This document shows positions 11,002 through 21,406 of a DNA stretch of 64,000 nucleotides, in pieces. The notes below the pieces were generated by a model. The model had not been told where the DNA came from. It searched no databases and was given only the letters and a program-made list of their open reading frames with translations. Made by a program: the position numbers and the translations under genes. The DNA is taken from the IMG/VR virus record IMGVR_UViG_3300025889_000075, positions 64,001 through 128,000 of that record; one strand, written 5' to 3'. Within the stretch, counting starts at the first letter, position 1. Each line of letters begins with the position of its first letter. This DNA comes from a virus.

Positions 11002-12185
11002 TGGCATATTTTTTTGCGGCTATTAATACAAACAATACGATTGATCTGTCAACGATTGGAAGTATAATTCAAAGATGTGATGATGGAACTACTTCAATGA
11101 GTGTTTCTGCTCCATTTTCTTCCGGCGATTCTTTCCAGTCAGGAACATTACCAACTGCAGGAATTTATGAAGTGACTTCATCTTCAGCGGCGGCGGTTAG
11201 ATTTAAAAAATATCATTATGCTAAGGGTCAAGATAGTGGGAATTTTCAGGCATATACTGAAGTTAGTATTGATTGGGATAGTTCATATGGAATAAGATGG
11301 ACCTTACGGTCTTCTAATGGATCATATGGAATTCCTGCTACTCCATATGATCATCATATGAATAGCCAATATATTCCGACTTCTCCAACATCGCCAACCA
11401 ATCTTCAAGTAATGAAATTGGGTACTGGGGGATTAAGCGCTTATGAGGGATTTCATATCATTGCTAATGATAAAGTTTTTGCGATTGCATTAAATTATGG
11501 CACCTCCTCGACCTATGGTGCGTTGGTATCTGATTTAGAATATATTGCTGCTTTGGACGCTGGGTCGTTTACTGATAATTCTGTTTATACTCCTCAAGTA
11601 TCGCATGTGTGGATTGCTCAGTATCAAAATACAAAATCAGCATACCCACCCTCAGCCAGTTATGCCAACTCTGGATATTTTTATCGATGGCAGTATAAAG
11701 ATTATGCTGGTAATTATCAAAATGGACCAGCACCGTATGGTCATGTTTTTTATTCTCCTCCAACAACTTATGTAGTAAAAGGAGGTAGTTATCCCACAAC
11801 GGCAAATATCAGTTATGCTGGTTATAACTTTAATTATGATGAAAGTTATAGTTACTATGGTACAACATTACCAGAACCAAGGAGAAGAATTTTTCCATTA
11901 AAAAGTTCTACTGGAACAATTCATCCGTTAATACCAATGGTTTGGTTTGGGCATGCAAATGGTGGCGCTAATAGTGGTAATTTTAATACTGGTGACCCAA
12001 GAGTTTCTAGAATGCTTGACATGTATAGAACATCTGAAGAAACATTTCAAAACGGAGATATTGTAACTGATAATGGAGTTAAGTATAGAGTACTTAAATG
12101 GAATAAAGGTGGATCATGTGATATGTATGAAGCAGTTGCCTGTCAAGCACTAGCATTTCCAGAAAATAGTACAGCGTTCTCATGA
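11001..12185 (+). CDS. Hypothetical virion protein (Tyr/Ser/Gly-rich)
   Basis: 394-aa ORF coupled by TAATG in the fibre operon; no recognisable enzyme motif. Confidence 0.6.
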   Translation: MAYFFAAINTNNTIDLSTIGSIIQRCDDGTTSMSVSAPFSSGDSFQSGTLPTAGIYEVTSSSAAAVRFKKYHYAKGQDSGNFQAYTEVSIDWDSSYGIRWTLRSSNGSYGIPATPYDHHMNSQYIPTSPTSPTNLQVMKLGTGGLSAYEGFHIIANDKVFAIALNYGTSSTYGALVSDLEYIAALDAGSFTDNSVYTPQVSHVWIAQYQNTKSAYPPSASYANSGYFYRWQYKDYAGNYQNGPAPYGHVFYSPPTTYVVKGGSYPTTANISYAGYNFNYDESYSYYGTTLPEPRRRIFPLKSSTGTIHPLIPMVWFGHANGGANSGNFNTGDPRVSRMLDMYRTSEETFQNGDIVTDNGVKYRVLKWNKGGSCDMYEAVACQALAFPENSTAFS

Positions 12186-12186
12186 T

Positions 12187-12468
12187 ATGCCGTCTGCGGA
12201 TTCTTCTACTGGAACCTCAATATTACTAGATTCTTCTTGGGAAAATTATTTCACCTTTTCTAGAAGTATTTCTGGATTAAGTTTTTTAGATTCAGATCTC
12301 CACATTGTAGAAAAAAATATATTTGGTAATTCTTTAGATTCCGATGACGCTGCATTTTCTTTTGGCACTAAACAAATTTCTGGTTTGCTTGATGATTGGG
12401 ATAAGGGATCTGATCCTCCTGTTGCAATACAACCTGGTTATAGAAAACAATTTTGGTGGGATGGATAA
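12187..12468 (+). CDS. Small Asp-Ser-rich hypothetical protein
   Basis: 93 aa, tightly packed between neighbours; four DS motifs. Confidence 0.55.
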   Translation: MPSADSSTGTSILLDSSWENYFTFSRSISGLSFLDSDLHIVEKNIFGNSLDSDDAAFSFGTKQISGLLDDWDKGSDPPVAIQPGYRKQFWWDG

Positions 12469-13487
12469 TGCCTGATTTTAATGAATTCGAAGGCAAAACC
12501 ATGATAAAAATACGTGGGTTAATTCTTGGTGGCGATCAATACCAAGAAAAAACTCAAGTGTTTTCAACACAAAGGTTTACTAGAGGTACTGCAGCAACTT
12601 TCGCTTCAGGTGGAGCAGCTGAACCTGGCGGCGTTGTTTTTACTACTACTGGTACACACAGTTGGACAGTTCCAGCTGGTGTTACAGAAGTTCATGTTGT
12701 TTGTGTTGGTGGTGGAGGTGGGTCAGCTGGATCTGGATCAAACAGAGCTGGTGCAGGCGGCGGTGGCGGTGCATTATCGTATGGTACTGTTTCAGTAACC
12801 GCAGGTTCTTCATATACTGTTGTTGTTGGCGCTGGTGGTGCAGGTGGATCAAATAATGCATCAAATGGCGTTTCCGGCGGTGCCTCCTATTTCAGCGCTA
12901 CAGATGTTTTATATGCTGGTGGCGGTAGCGGTGGTGCTTGGGCGAGTCAGAGTTCTGGAGCAGGATCAGCAACATCAGGCGGTTCTAGTTCAGGTTCGGC
13001 AAGACTTGGTGGTGGTTCAGGTGGTTCAGGTGGAAACTCTTTTTACAATGGTGCAGGCGGCGGTGGCGGCGGTGCAGGTGGATACTCTGGTAATGGCGGC
13101 AACGGGAGTTATAGTAATAACAATGTCGGTGGCACTAATGGATCTGGTGGTGCTGGAGGAGGTGGTGGCGGTAGCAGCGGTGGCCATGGCGGCGGTGGTG
13201 GTGTCGGCATATACGGTGAAGGCACCAGTGGAAACTTTGGTGGCAGTACTGGTGGATATGGCGGTTCTGGTGGAGATAATGGGCAAAATGATAATGCTAA
13301 TGGTACTACTAAAGGTGCTAATGGTGGCGCGTATGGGGGCGGTGGTGGTGCACAAGAGGACGATACTACGTCTTCTGGTGGCAATGGTGCCAATGGGGTG
13401 GTTCGAGTTATATGGGGTACTGGACGATCATTTCCTTCTACTGACGTAGATGCAGCATCATCAACTGCCGGAGAAACAACAGTTTAA
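12468..13487 (+). CDS. Glycine-rich tail fibre-associated protein
   Basis: FTTTGTHSWTVPAGVTEVHVVCVGGGGG...GANGVVRVIW glycine-rich domain; start placed at the TAATG overlap at 12468. Confidence 0.7.
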   Translation: MPDFNEFEGKTMIKIRGLILGGDQYQEKTQVFSTQRFTRGTAATFASGGAAEPGGVVFTTTGTHSWTVPAGVTEVHVVCVGGGGGSAGSGSNRAGAGGGGGALSYGTVSVTAGSSYTVVVGAGGAGGSNNASNGVSGGASYFSATDVLYAGGGSGGAWASQSSGAGSATSGGSSSGSARLGGGSGGSGGNSFYNGAGGGGGGAGGYSGNGGNGSYSNNNVGGTNGSGGAGGGGGGSSGGHGGGGGVGIYGEGTSGNFGGSTGGYGGSGGDNGQNDNANGTTKGANGGAYGGGGGAQEDDTTSSGGNGANGVVRVIWGTGRSFPSTDVDAASSTAGETTV

Positions 13488-13491
13488 TTTT

Positions 13492-13499
13492 TATAAATA
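13492..13499 (+). promoter_or_regulatory. T4-type late promoter TATAAATA
   Basis: Exact gp55 consensus in the intergenic gap upstream of 13536. Confidence 0.8.
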
Positions 13500-13535
13500 G
13501 ATGTACAAATCATTATTTCTTAATGGAGTAAAACA

Positions 13536-14477
13536 ATGAGTGATAGCAGTAACAAAGAAGTGGCAATTTATGAAAATATTGTTAGAGATCTTGTCAAGAT
13601 TGAAAACCGCGAAGAGTTTTATGTTCCGGTTGAGAAGGTTTTTGGTCAAGGTACTCTAGCAGAAACACCAAGTTTTGGTGGTAGAAGTTTAGCAGAAAAT
13701 TCTGTAATGGTAACTGAAGCATTTAAGAATACCAACGAACTTCAAAACATCTGGAACAGAAGTCATTCTCAGTGGGACTGGAAACATATTAATATGTCCT
13801 ACCACGGTGACTTTAAAAATGTTCGTCAGATTGCCGCTGAAATTAATCGTAAAAAACAGGCACTTGATGAAGCGAAATGGCGTCATGTCAAGAACGAAAT
13901 CAAGTTAAGGAAGATTGAAGAAAAACTCGAAAACCCTGATCTTGATTATTGGAGGCGAATTGAACTTCAAGTTGAAGTCGCTCAAATGAGAGAAGGTATT
14001 GCTTCTGGTACAACTTATATTGAAGGTGCTATGAAAGATGTTCTTGCTTTGAACAATCTTTATGAGCAAATGAAAGATAAGTTTGAAGGATTTACTGAAG
14101 CAGATTTCGAACGCGAAGAATCAAAATCGCATTTGAAAAGAAGCGTTGTTCAATGTATTCGAGATGTTCGTCAAAGTGGTTCTATCACTAAAGGTGAGCA
14201 AGAATATCTTGAACAAATTGGTGTTAATCCAACAAAAATGCTTTATCTAATTCGAGAATATATAAATAAAGAAGAAGCGAAGGACGATTGGAGCGTTACG
14301 GCGTTACATGATTTTGTTGCTAAGATTGTTGATGAATTGATTGACGTTCTTCAGGTCGATCGTAAGAGAATGGAGTTAATGGGTTTCAATCCAGATCCTG
14401 TTGACGCATTAACTTATGATAATAAAGTTGCTCTTAAATTAGAACACAAAGGAGATGACACCGATGGCAGTAGTTGA
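13536..14477 (+). CDS. Hypothetical helical/coiled-coil protein heading the propeller-array operon
   Basis: 313 aa, charged with heptad-like segments; GGAG SD; directly after a late promoter. Confidence 0.7.
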   Translation: MSDSSNKEVAIYENIVRDLVKIENREEFYVPVEKVFGQGTLAETPSFGGRSLAENSVMVTEAFKNTNELQNIWNRSHSQWDWKHINMSYHGDFKNVRQIAAEINRKKQALDEAKWRHVKNEIKLRKIEEKLENPDLDYWRRIELQVEVAQMREGIASGTTYIEGAMKDVLALNNLYEQMKDKFEGFTEADFEREESKSHLKRSVVQCIRDVRQSGSITKGEQEYLEQIGVNPTKMLYLIREYINKEEAKDDWSVTALHDFVAKIVDELIDVLQVDRKRMELMGFNPDPVDALTYDNKVALKLEHKGDDTDGSS

Positions 14478-14790
14478 GTATAAACTCCATGCAGTTGGAA
14501 CTAATGCGATGCAAGCACCGCATTGGATGAAAGATGGTGGTTACTGGCGCAATCCTGATGATCACACAATGGTTGGTTGGGTTCCAGATAACTCTGAATT
14601 TTGGGTACCGGATACAGTAGTCACATTGACTCGTGCTGAATTTATCACGCGTCAGTTGGGCATTCATGCTGCTCATCCGATGACTGAACCAGCAGACCCT
14701 GCAGATCCAGCGTCTGAACCAACGACATTAACCAACGAACAAGTTGAAACGCAAGCAGGTACTTGGTACGATAATTTCCACGCTGAGTAA
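14464..14790 (+). CDS. Hypothetical protein
   Basis: GGAG SD at 14451 favours the ATG at 14464; overlaps the upstream gene. Confidence 0.65.
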   Translation: MAVVEYKLHAVGTNAMQAPHWMKDGGYWRNPDDHTMVGWVPDNSEFWVPDTVVTLTRAEFITRQLGIHAAHPMTEPADPADPASEPTTLTNEQVETQAGTWYDNFHAE

Positions 14791-14800
14791 GGAATAACAC

Positions 14801-16171
14801 ATGGCGATTAGTGTTCCTGCTCTTCTGGATTCTGCACAGACCTACGCGAGCGCGGCAGATAGTTCTAATGAGGCAATCAACTTACTACAAATAGTTGATG
14901 CTTCTCACGCGTACACGTCTGGTTATACCCGAAGAAACTATTATGACAGTGCTGGTCAATTACCCACTGCTGATAGTTCTATGGAGGGTATGATCACGCT
15001 CGTTAAAGGCACACAAGCAGGTGGACTAGGTAATGGTCTGTATCTATGTACAGGAACTGCTTGGACAGAATTTTATGATTTAGATTCTGGCGATTATATC
15101 GACCCATTTTCTTTACAAGGTTCAACTTCTGGGTTTGTTGCAGGTGGGCATTATACTTTTGCTACAGCATTAAATTCTATTGGAACATATTCTTTCGGAA
15201 GTTCTGTTACTCTTTCAGATCATGGTGATTTGATTAGTGCATCCGCATATTCTGCACCGTCTAATGATGCTTCTTATGGATATGTTCATGGTGGGGTTAG
15301 AACAGCGCCAGTTCCTAATCCTTCTGTGGATAGATTTTCTTTTTCTAGTTCTACTGGTGGAACAAATGTTGGTAGTTTGTCGTTTTCGTATTATTATGCT
15401 GCAGGTTTTAGTTCACCTTCTTCTTATGGATATAACGTAGGTGGACAAGGGCAGACAATTATTCCATCTTTTCCTAGTACATACGGAAATTCAATTCAGA
15501 AATTTCCTCTAACGAGTTCAACTACCTCAACAGACATTGGAGATTTAGTTGTTAACGTACACAGGCAAATTGCTAATAATTCTACTGAATACGGTTACAA
15601 TTCTGGTGGTACAGCCTCACCATGGTCACCATCTCCAACAGCATTTAGTGCTCCAACTCTAGGACCAAGCGGACCTTCTTGGGGTCCAGGATCATATGGA
15701 ACAAATGATGCCAGCCCAGGCACAACTGATTTTTTTGTTGCTGTTAGAGATAAATTTCCATTTGCATCAGACACTAATTCATCTTGGATTGCTAATTTAA
15801 ATCCTTTCAGATCATCAGGCACTGGTGTTAACTCTTCAGACAAAGGGTTTTTCTTTACTGGATATCAAAGAACAAGTCCCTGGATTGGGATTAATGCCCT
15901 CCAACATTTTCCGTTTGCAAGCGATACTACTATTACTAGTAATGGTCTTCTTCAAACAGTAAATACATATCCTGCAGTGTATGTTGAAGGTTCTGGTTCT
16001 TCTTCAACAGATTATGGATATATCCATGGAAGTAGAGGAACTGCTTCTTATCCAGCAATTACTAGTGACATAATTAGATTTCCATGGTCTGCTACAGGCG
16101 GTGGAGAAACAGACGTTGGAGACATAACTTCTGGATATGGTAGGATTAATGCCACAGGACATCAGGTGTAA
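14801..16171 (+). CDS. Adaptor (class A) + Kelch-like beta-propeller protein, paralog 1 (divergent)
   Basis: Repeats GY..GG...I.KFPF.S......GDL; C-terminal GHQV. Confidence 0.7.
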   Translation: MAISVPALLDSAQTYASAADSSNEAINLLQIVDASHAYTSGYTRRNYYDSAGQLPTADSSMEGMITLVKGTQAGGLGNGLYLCTGTAWTEFYDLDSGDYIDPFSLQGSTSGFVAGGHYTFATALNSIGTYSFGSSVTLSDHGDLISASAYSAPSNDASYGYVHGGVRTAPVPNPSVDRFSFSSSTGGTNVGSLSFSYYYAAGFSSPSSYGYNVGGQGQTIIPSFPSTYGNSIQKFPLTSSTTSTDIGDLVVNVHRQIANNSTEYGYNSGGTASPWSPSPTAFSAPTLGPSGPSWGPGSYGTNDASPGTTDFFVAVRDKFPFASDTNSSWIANLNPFRSSGTGVNSSDKGFFFTGYQRTSPWIGINALQHFPFASDTTITSNGLLQTVNTYPAVYVEGSGSSSTDYGYIHGSRGTASYPAITSDIIRFPWSATGGGETDVGDITSGYGRINATGHQV

Positions 16172-16173
16172 TT

Positions 16174-17424
16174 ATGGCAATTAATATAACAAAACTAATT
16201 AATGCCGTATCCGGAATCGTAGGAAACCTGGACAGTGACAACACGCTCACTGAATTGAACCGTGGTACAATTGCTGCACAGGAAGTAAACGAGGCGAGAG
16301 ACGCTCTCTCGTTCGCTACGGTTGCTGATTTCGAAACAGCTGACTCAACCAATGAGGGTAATATTGTCTATGCTAGTTCAACGAAAAAATATTACGTTTC
16401 TATTCACAATCGTTGGGCGCCAATTAATTTAACAGGTCCATCAACGACTGCTCCTGCTGCTCCATCTAGTCTAATCGTTCAAGGTTCTAGTTATGGGTAT
16501 ACGACTGGTGGTGCCGCGTCACCGGTATTGAATAATACGCAGTCATTAACTCAAATTTTACAATTTTCCTTTACTTCTGATGGTAATGCAACGGACGTTG
16601 GAGACATTAACCCAGCAGTTCCGCTTGGAAGAGTTGCTTCTAGTTCACAGACTTCTTCGACTCATGGTTATCATTCTGGTGGGTTAGTAACCCCACCACA
16701 AATTACGTCAACAAATAATATACAAAAATGGTCATTTACCAGTCCATATAATGGATCAGATGTCGCAGATTTGTCTTCTGATACTTTTAGACCGTTTGGG
16801 TCTAGTTCACCAACTGATGGTTATTCAACTGGGGGAAGAGGAGGAACACCAATAGTTTATCTAACAGTTCATGATAAATTTCCAACCTCTTCCGATACAA
16901 ATGCTACGGACAATGGTGATTTGACAGCGGGTAGATATCAGACTGGGGGAGGAAATTCTTCTTCTTCTGCTTCATATTTCGCTGGTGGATCCACACCCAC
17001 AGGGGCTGTGAATATAATAGAAAAAATACCTTTTGCGGCGGGTGGAACAGCAACAGACGTTGGCGACCTCACAACACCGAACATCAACAGCACTGGTGCA
17101 AATACTTCTGATCATGGTTACACTCTCGGTGGTTCTAATAATGGATATGCAGAAGCAAATTTAAATGTGATACAGAGATTTTCATATTCTTCTGATGGTA
17201 ACGCTACAGACTATGCTGATCTTGCAAACGGAGTTTACACTGGGGCAGGTTGTTCATCAACATCTTATGGTTATACAACTGGCGGACAAAGTTCACCAGG
17301 TGCCCCGCAAGCAGGTGCTGCAATTAATGTAATACAGAAATTTCCTTTCTCTACTGCTACAAATGGCACTGACGTGGGAGATTTGACTAGCATCTTAGCT
17401 AATCATTCAGGAAATCAAAACTAA
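16174..17424 (+). CDS. Adaptor (class B-like) + Kelch-like beta-propeller protein, paralog 2
   Basis: MAINI start; about six SDGNATDVGDL-type repeats; ends GNQN. Confidence 0.7.
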   Translation: MAINITKLINAVSGIVGNLDSDNTLTELNRGTIAAQEVNEARDALSFATVADFETADSTNEGNIVYASSTKKYYVSIHNRWAPINLTGPSTTAPAAPSSLIVQGSSYGYTTGGAASPVLNNTQSLTQILQFSFTSDGNATDVGDINPAVPLGRVASSSQTSSTHGYHSGGLVTPPQITSTNNIQKWSFTSPYNGSDVADLSSDTFRPFGSSSPTDGYSTGGRGGTPIVYLTVHDKFPTSSDTNATDNGDLTAGRYQTGGGNSSSSASYFAGGSTPTGAVNIIEKIPFAAGGTATDVGDLTTPNINSTGANTSDHGYTLGGSNNGYAEANLNVIQRFSYSSDGNATDYADLANGVYTGAGCSSTSYGYTTGGQSSPGAPQAGAAINVIQKFPFSTATNGTDVGDLTSILANHSGNQN

Positions 17425-18626
17425 TGACAATCAGCATAACAAACATAATAACAGCAATTGAGAACAAGATAGCAGCTCTTGACAGTTCTGTATCATCTCA
17501 AGATATGCGTCATTATTTTAGTGCTGCTGGTTTGACCAACACTACGATCACTCAGTATTATGATAGTGCAGGTCTTTTGCCAACAGCAGATTCTGATTAC
17601 AAAGGGCAGATTGTTTTAGTATCAAATCCTTCATCAGCAGCTTCAGGAAATGCATTGTATATTTGTACTGACTCTGGTGGAGGTGTTGCTTGGTCAGCGT
17701 GGCAGACACTTGATTCTGCTCCTACGTATTCGCCTGCACAGGGTTCATCATATGGGTATAATTCTGGTGGTGGATTCCCATCACCTGTAAATACTATTCA
17801 AAAATACTCATTTACATCAGATGGTAATGCTACTGACGTTGGTGATTTAACAGAGGTTAGATCTGCTTTAGCAGGGCAATCTTCAGATGTTAGTGGATAT
17901 GTTTCTGGTGGAACTCAAAGTAGTGGAAACAGGAATTACATCGAAAATTTTCCTTTCTCTACTGACGCTAATTCTACTGACGTTGGAGATTTGACAATAG
18001 GTAGATGGGGGTGTTCAGGTACTATGTCAGATGCTAATGGGTATACTTCTGGCGGTACTGGTACGCCGACGATTGTAAATGTCATCGACAAATTTCCATT
18101 GTCGTCTAATGCAAATGCTACTGATGTAGGCGATTTAACATCAGGAAGATATGGTGCGGCAGGTAATTCATCAACTACTAATGGATATGCTTCTGGTGGT
18201 TACCAACCACCTACTATAAATGCTATAGAGAAATTCCCATTCTCGTCTGATGCGAATTCTTCTGACGTAGGAGATTTGATAGCAGCAAGATACTATTCAG
18301 CAGGTCAATCATCAGATAATAGTGGTTATGTTTCTGGAGGATCAACTCTTGTAGCGCCGAGCGCTTTAAACGTCGTTGACAAATTCCCATTCTCTTCTGA
18401 CGCTAATTCTACCGAGGTGGGTAGTTTGACTCAAGCAAGGGGTCAAATGGCGGGAACATCATCAACTGTCAGTGGATATAATTCTGGCGGTTGGGTGCCA
18501 CCATCTTATCCGGTCAGTGGTTCTACAAACATTATAGACAAATTTCCATTTGCTTCTAATGGTAGTGCTACTGATGTTGGTGATCTTTTAACATTACAAC
18601 TGTTATCAGCAGGACAGCAGGTATAA
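17424..18626 (+). CDS. Adaptor (class A-like) + Kelch-like beta-propeller protein, paralog 3
   Basis: YYDSAGLLPTADS adaptor; six GY.SGG...IDKFPFSSDANATDVGDL repeats; ends GQQV. Confidence 0.75.
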   Translation: MTISITNIITAIENKIAALDSSVSSQDMRHYFSAAGLTNTTITQYYDSAGLLPTADSDYKGQIVLVSNPSSAASGNALYICTDSGGGVAWSAWQTLDSAPTYSPAQGSSYGYNSGGGFPSPVNTIQKYSFTSDGNATDVGDLTEVRSALAGQSSDVSGYVSGGTQSSGNRNYIENFPFSTDANSTDVGDLTIGRWGCSGTMSDANGYTSGGTGTPTIVNVIDKFPLSSNANATDVGDLTSGRYGAAGNSSTTNGYASGGYQPPTINAIEKFPFSSDANSSDVGDLIAARYYSAGQSSDNSGYVSGGSTLVAPSALNVVDKFPFSSDANSTEVGSLTQARGQMAGTSSTVSGYNSGGWVPPSYPVSGSTNIIDKFPFASNGSATDVGDLLTLQLLSAGQQV

Positions 18627-18629
18627 ACA

Positions 18630-19820
18630 ATGGCAATTAATATACAAACCTTGTTAGATGTAATTAATGCTAAGATCACCGCTGGTGTAGCAGCAGGATC
18701 CACTGACTCTGATCGATTAGTTACGTTGACTGCTTGGAGAGACAATCACCAGAATGCAGCATTCTTTAATACATTTGCTGATTTGCCCGCTGCTGATTCT
18801 TCGAATGCAGGAAATTTCTTTTCTACAGGTACAGGTTCTAGTAAAAAATACTATGTTTCTTGGAAAAATAAATTGAAAGAAGTTTTGTCAACAGATAGTG
18901 ATGCAGTAGGAAATCAAACATTACCTAACTCAGTAGGTCAAACTTATGGTTTTCATGCTGCAGGAATATCAGGAAACGATCCAGATACAACGCATACAAA
19001 TATAATTGAAAGATTTCCTTTTTCCTCTGACGCTAATGCTACTGATGTTGGTGATTTGTCTCCGACTCCTTTAGGTGGAAACCTTGGATCTTCTTCTTCG
19101 GTTGATCGAGGGTGGGCATTCGGCGGTAGCGGTGGCGTAAACTTTACGTTTGCTAATTCTAATTTGAGCAGCAATAATGCTTATTCAGCTAGCAATTTTG
19201 GTATACAAGGGGGTCAAAGCGAAACACATCTTTATGCTTTAGGTGGGCGTCCGACAAGTTTGCCTACTGCACCAAACGATACCTTTGCGCAAAAAAGACA
19301 ATTTTCTAATACAACTACTACTACTCTAACTTCTTTTTCTAATGCTAGACATCACGCAGCAACCGTTTCTGGTCCTGCTGCAGTTTATACTTCGGGTGGA
19401 TATAGATATTGGCATCCAAACGATAATCCTGCACTTATTACTCAGTCGCCCGGAACAGAAAAACATTCTTTTAGTAATGATGCTAGGTCTACTGTGCCTG
19501 GACTTCCCGCAAAATCTCCATATTATAATGTCCATCAAGGAATGCAAAATGAAGTAAATGGATATCTTGGAAGAGCAACACAATTAATAAAATTTCCATT
19601 TGCTTCGGAAACTCCAGTTTCAGTTAGTCAACCAATAATGCCAATCGGCGGGTATTTTTCTGCTAGTTCTTCTTCATCAGGTTATGGTTATAGATTCGCT
19701 GGTGGACCACCCGGTAGTTATCCAGGAATAGTTAAGTTTCCTTGGAACAGCGAATCAACAGTAACTAGCGTAGGAAATTTAACTTCTCCAAGAACTAGGG
19801 GTTCGGGGCATCAAAATTAG
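18630..19820 (+). CDS. Adaptor (class B-like) + beta-propeller protein, paralog 4 (divergent)
   Basis: MAINIQ start; LPAADSSNAGN adaptor; degenerate repeats; ends GHQN. Confidence 0.7.
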   Translation: MAINIQTLLDVINAKITAGVAAGSTDSDRLVTLTAWRDNHQNAAFFNTFADLPAADSSNAGNFFSTGTGSSKKYYVSWKNKLKEVLSTDSDAVGNQTLPNSVGQTYGFHAAGISGNDPDTTHTNIIERFPFSSDANATDVGDLSPTPLGGNLGSSSSVDRGWAFGGSGGVNFTFANSNLSSNNAYSASNFGIQGGQSETHLYALGGRPTSLPTAPNDTFAQKRQFSNTTTTTLTSFSNARHHAATVSGPAAVYTSGGYRYWHPNDNPALITQSPGTEKHSFSNDARSTVPGLPAKSPYYNVHQGMQNEVNGYLGRATQLIKFPFASETPVSVSQPIMPIGGYFSASSSSSGYGYRFAGGPPGSYPGIVKFPWNSESTVTSVGNLTSPRTRGSGHQN

Positions 19821-19828
19821 GAACTATT

Positions 19829-21028
19829 ATGGCAGTCGATATTAAAAAACTATTAGAGATTGTACAGAAAAGAATTAATAATCTTGATTCTTCGACAGTC
19901 ACATTGCAAGAGTTAATTGATATTGCTAACTTTACTGATAAAGCATCAAAGGGCACATTGCAATTTGTTGATGATTCGAGCGATTTGCCAAACTTATTAA
20001 GTGGTAATACGCCTAGTGCAGAGTCTCAAAAACAATTGATTTTTGTTAAGAACTCAGGAAGAATGTTTGTCAAAAAAGATAAGTGGAAACCATTTACGTA
20101 CAGAGGTTTGATTCCTTCCTCTGGACCATCCTTTGTTTATGGTGGTACTACAACAGGGTTTCGTGCTGGGTTGGTTTCAATTCCAACTTGGACATATTCA
20201 GACGCTATTTCTTCTTTTCCGTTCGCTAGTGATACTCCTTTCGCTAGTTGGGGATCTTTAACAGTTGCTAATGGTTATAACCATGGTTGGAGTAGTACAA
20301 CTCATGGATATACTGCTGGTGGTTATGGTCCTGCTGTACCAGGAGACAATAGTAAAATCGATAAATTTTCTATGAGTTCGCCTGGTAATGCCAGTACCAC
20401 TGCAAACCTTCCTCTTGGTAGATCACAGGGTGTAGCGCACCATAATGACACTAATGGGTATTTATCTGGCGGCAGTGGTGGTGGTTCATATGCATTTAAA
20501 TTTATTTTTTCCAGCGATACTACTAATGCTACTACTGTTCCAGCATTGGCGACACCTTTAAGTCTTAACAATAGATCTCCGCAGGTGAGCACAACTTATG
20601 GGTATACTTCTGGAGGAACTACCTTTTCCAATTCAATAGAAAAGTTTCCCTTTGCTTCAGAGGATGCCTGGTCTGATGTAGGAGATTTAACTGTTGGTGG
20701 ACGCAAATCATCAGGAATGTCTTCTGATACACACGGATATAATGCTGGTGGACAAATATCTCCACATCCAACGATAGGTAACGATATTAATAAATTCCCT
20801 TTCGCTTCAGATACAAACGCTACTGATGTAGCAAGTTTAACTACTGCAGCTGCAGCGAATACTGGTGTAAGTTCAACCACTAACGGATATTCTTTAGGAG
20901 GATGGACTCTTAACCCTGGATATAATAATGTATCTACAAGCGATAAATTTCCGTTTTCGTCAGAAACAAGCATTTCTAATGTGTTCAGTAATACAGGTGG
21001 TGGTGAAGCGGCAGGACATCAGGTATAA
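19829..21028 (+). CDS. Adaptor (class D) + beta-propeller protein, paralog 5
   Basis: Adaptor and PSFVYGG linker shared with the 43629 paralog; ends GHQV. Confidence 0.7.
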   Translation: MAVDIKKLLEIVQKRINNLDSSTVTLQELIDIANFTDKASKGTLQFVDDSSDLPNLLSGNTPSAESQKQLIFVKNSGRMFVKKDKWKPFTYRGLIPSSGPSFVYGGTTTGFRAGLVSIPTWTYSDAISSFPFASDTPFASWGSLTVANGYNHGWSSTTHGYTAGGYGPAVPGDNSKIDKFSMSSPGNASTTANLPLGRSQGVAHHNDTNGYLSGGSGGGSYAFKFIFSSDTTNATTVPALATPLSLNNRSPQVSTTYGYTSGGTTFSNSIEKFPFASEDAWSDVGDLTVGGRKSSGMSSDTHGYNAGGQISPHPTIGNDINKFPFASDTNATDVASLTTAAAANTGVSSTTNGYSLGGWTLNPGYNNVSTSDKFPFSSETSISNVFSNTGGGEAAGHQV

Positions 21029-21053
21029 GAGTTAATTCTCACATAATTTTTTT

Positions 21054-21061
21054 TATAAATA
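21054..21061 (+). promoter_or_regulatory. T4-type late promoter TATAAATA
   Basis: Exact consensus in the only sizeable gap within the array. Confidence 0.8.
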
Positions 21062-21091
21062 GATTGTGATAATTTGTGTGAGGATATTTCC

Positions 21092-21406
21092 GTGGTATTA
21101 AATCTAACCGCATTAATTGCAAGTCTCGACTCCGCTGCTAACCTGGCAGACTCAAGCGACCCTGCATTAGATCTTTTACAAATTCTTGATGCAACAAGAA
21201 TGAACAACAACGCGACGACTAAATATTATGCAGCTCGCGCTGATCTGCCTATTGCAGATTCAGCGAATGAGGGCATGGTTGTTCTCGTTTCTGATTTAAC
21301 TGGAGCAAACGCAGAAAGAGGTTTGTTTGTTAGCACAGGAACATTTTGGAAAGAATTGCAAGGGTTTGAAGCAGGTAGTTCATTAACGCCAAGAACAAAC
21401 CCGTAA
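21092..21406 (+). CDS. Stand-alone class A adaptor domain (no propeller)
   Basis: GAGGA SD then GTG at 21092. Aligns by eye with the N-terminal ~100 aa of 14801 (LDSA...ADSS...LLQI.DA...LP.ADS..EGM..LV...GL...TGT.W). Confidence 0.65.
   Translation: MVLNLTALIASLDSAANLADSSDPALDLLQILDATRMNNNATTKYYAARADLPIADSANEGMVVLVSDLTGANAERGLFVSTGTFWKELQGFEAGSSLTPRTNP

Noticed and set aside
13026-13449. Overlapping alternative ORFs including a poly-proline ORF (13109..13393, minus)
   Set aside because: Shadows of the GGN-rich glycine codons; no SD or promoter. The same applies to the other minus-strand ORFs in the track.
14261-14268. Internal TATAAATA matches (also at 50948)
   Set aside because: They lie inside coding sequence of an AT-rich genome; chance occurrence cannot be distinguished from function.
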